Source: an uncultured Planctomycetaceae bacterium (GTDB lineage: Bacteria > Planctomycetota > Planctomycetia > Planctomycetales > Planctomycetaceae). From it: DNA of 64,000 nucleotides. Location of the stretch: contig CAWFGE010000008.1 of NCBI GenBank assembly GCA_963815195.1, positions 576,001 through 640,000 on the forward strand, given 5' to 3'. A program made the translations under genes and the position numbers. Shown here piece after piece: positions 62,971 to 64,000 of this stretch (positions are counted from its first letter, which is position 1; every line of letters begins with the position of its first letter). Under the pieces are notes generated by a model. The model ran no database searches, was not told the DNA's origin, and saw nothing but the letters and a program-made list of their open reading frames with translations.

Positions 62971-63052
62971 TGAGCGGTCAGGCGCTAGCCTCCGGCTCTT
63001 GATTTTGGGAATAGCGCTTCATCGAAGCCGGAGGCTAGCGCCTGACCGCTCA
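62971..63052. repeat. Palindromic REP-like element related to the 96-bp unit
   Basis: TGAGCGGTCAGGCGCTAGCCTCCGGCT...AGCCGGAGGCTAGCGCCTGACCGCTCA. Confidence 0.85.
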
Positions 63053-63079
63053 GGTTTTTCAAGCTCCGCGGTGACCCTT

Positions 63080-63499
63080 TCAGTCTTTCGCTTTGAAGGG
63101 CTGCGGCGAGTAGTCCGTGGGGCTCAGGAACACGGATTCCACCTTCATCACGATCTTCCCGTCCATCTCGGATTCCTTTTGGGCTTTTTTCCATTCGGGA
63201 TCCTGCCGAAACGCGGCCCAGGATTTCTTGGCGGCGTCCTGGCTGTTGTGCTTGAGCAGATACACGAGCGTATTCTCTTTATCCACGGGCGTGAAATACA
63301 TCACGTTCGTCATGCCGTGCTTTTTGAAAATCCGCATTGTGTGGTCGCGGAACCGCTTGTGGAGTGCGGGCAGCCTCCCTGGAAACGTCGTGTAAGTCCG
63401 CAACTCAAAAACCGCCGCGTCCTCGGCAAGCACAAGCCGCGGGGACACGGTCAAACCACACATCAAAACCAACGAGAAGGCCAACCATCGATTACGCAT
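63080..63499 (-). CDS. NIPSNAP family protein with signal peptide
   Basis: VFELRTYT, RFRDHT, SWAAFRQDPEW, PTDYSP. Confidence 0.9.
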   Translation of the reverse strand: MRNRWLAFSLVLMCGLTVSPRLVLAEDAAVFELRTYTTFPGRLPALHKRFRDHTMRIFKKHGMTNVMYFTPVDKENTLVYLLKHNSQDAAKKSWAAFRQDPEWKKAQKESEMDGKIVMKVESVFLSPTDYSPQPFKAKD

Positions 63500-64000
63500 G
63501 AGAGTCACTCCAGGCTGAAAAGCACAAACGGAAACAGACTGCCTAGTCCGCATCAAACCGTTTCCGTTCCGCACGGTCAAGTCCGTCAAAAAGAATTGGG
63601 CCTCCATGACTATTTTGACTCCACCACCACGCGGAAACCGAAGTAAGCCAACCGCAAGTTGGGAGCGCTGCCGGTTCGGAATGCCGACCGGCACATTCGG
63701 GCGTCGCCGAGCCGCAACCAATCGCAAAAGCGGGCCGCGTCATTCTTCAACAATCGTCGGGTGCCGGGATCGCGATTGCAATATCAGCGCAAAGACACAG
63801 GCGTTCATTGCAAAAAACAGAATAGAATTCGACGGATGCCGCCGGGACGATTGCACCATAATCCCACAATACTTAATTTGAACGCGGATTTTTCGTCGTT
63901 TGACCTGCGAGGGATTCACTGAAGCGAATATCTCTTTTCCTCCTTGGAAAACACGCACACCGTGACCGCGTTCTTACTCCGGAGACTTCCATGAACCGTT

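Overview
Bacterial chromosome segment, probably from a planctomycete (inferred from gene content and repeat families). Bases 1-~18,865 are the right part of an integrative, satellite-like element inserted at tRNA-Arg(ACG); its left end lies outside the window. It carries an IS3 and an IS1380 that both hit a DUF1156-type methylase, then a DUF262/HNH nuclease, a DUF499 ATPase, a large non-canonical enhancer-binding AAA+ protein, a small HTH gene, a tRNA-like element, an AlpA-like gene, a primase-helicase and a tyrosine integrase. The most interesting signal is an apparent sigma54-dependent switch for the replication/excision operon. Five helically phased CTTTCC repeats (13472-13571) and a consensus -24/-12 promoter (13633-13648) lie directly behind an activator that lacks GAFTGA, and a tRNA-Arg(CCT)-like RNA sits inside the predicted transcript. 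The integrase ORF also runs into the antisense strand of the target tRNA. The rest is ordinary chromosome (sigma factors, lgt, panC, ftsH, sulfite reductase, folD, hybrid kinase, metH, flp, sod, asnS) with several REP-like palindromes. About ten frameshifts, many at short repeats, look like sequencing indels rather than true pseudogenes. All family assignments come from motif recognition by eye, not database searches.
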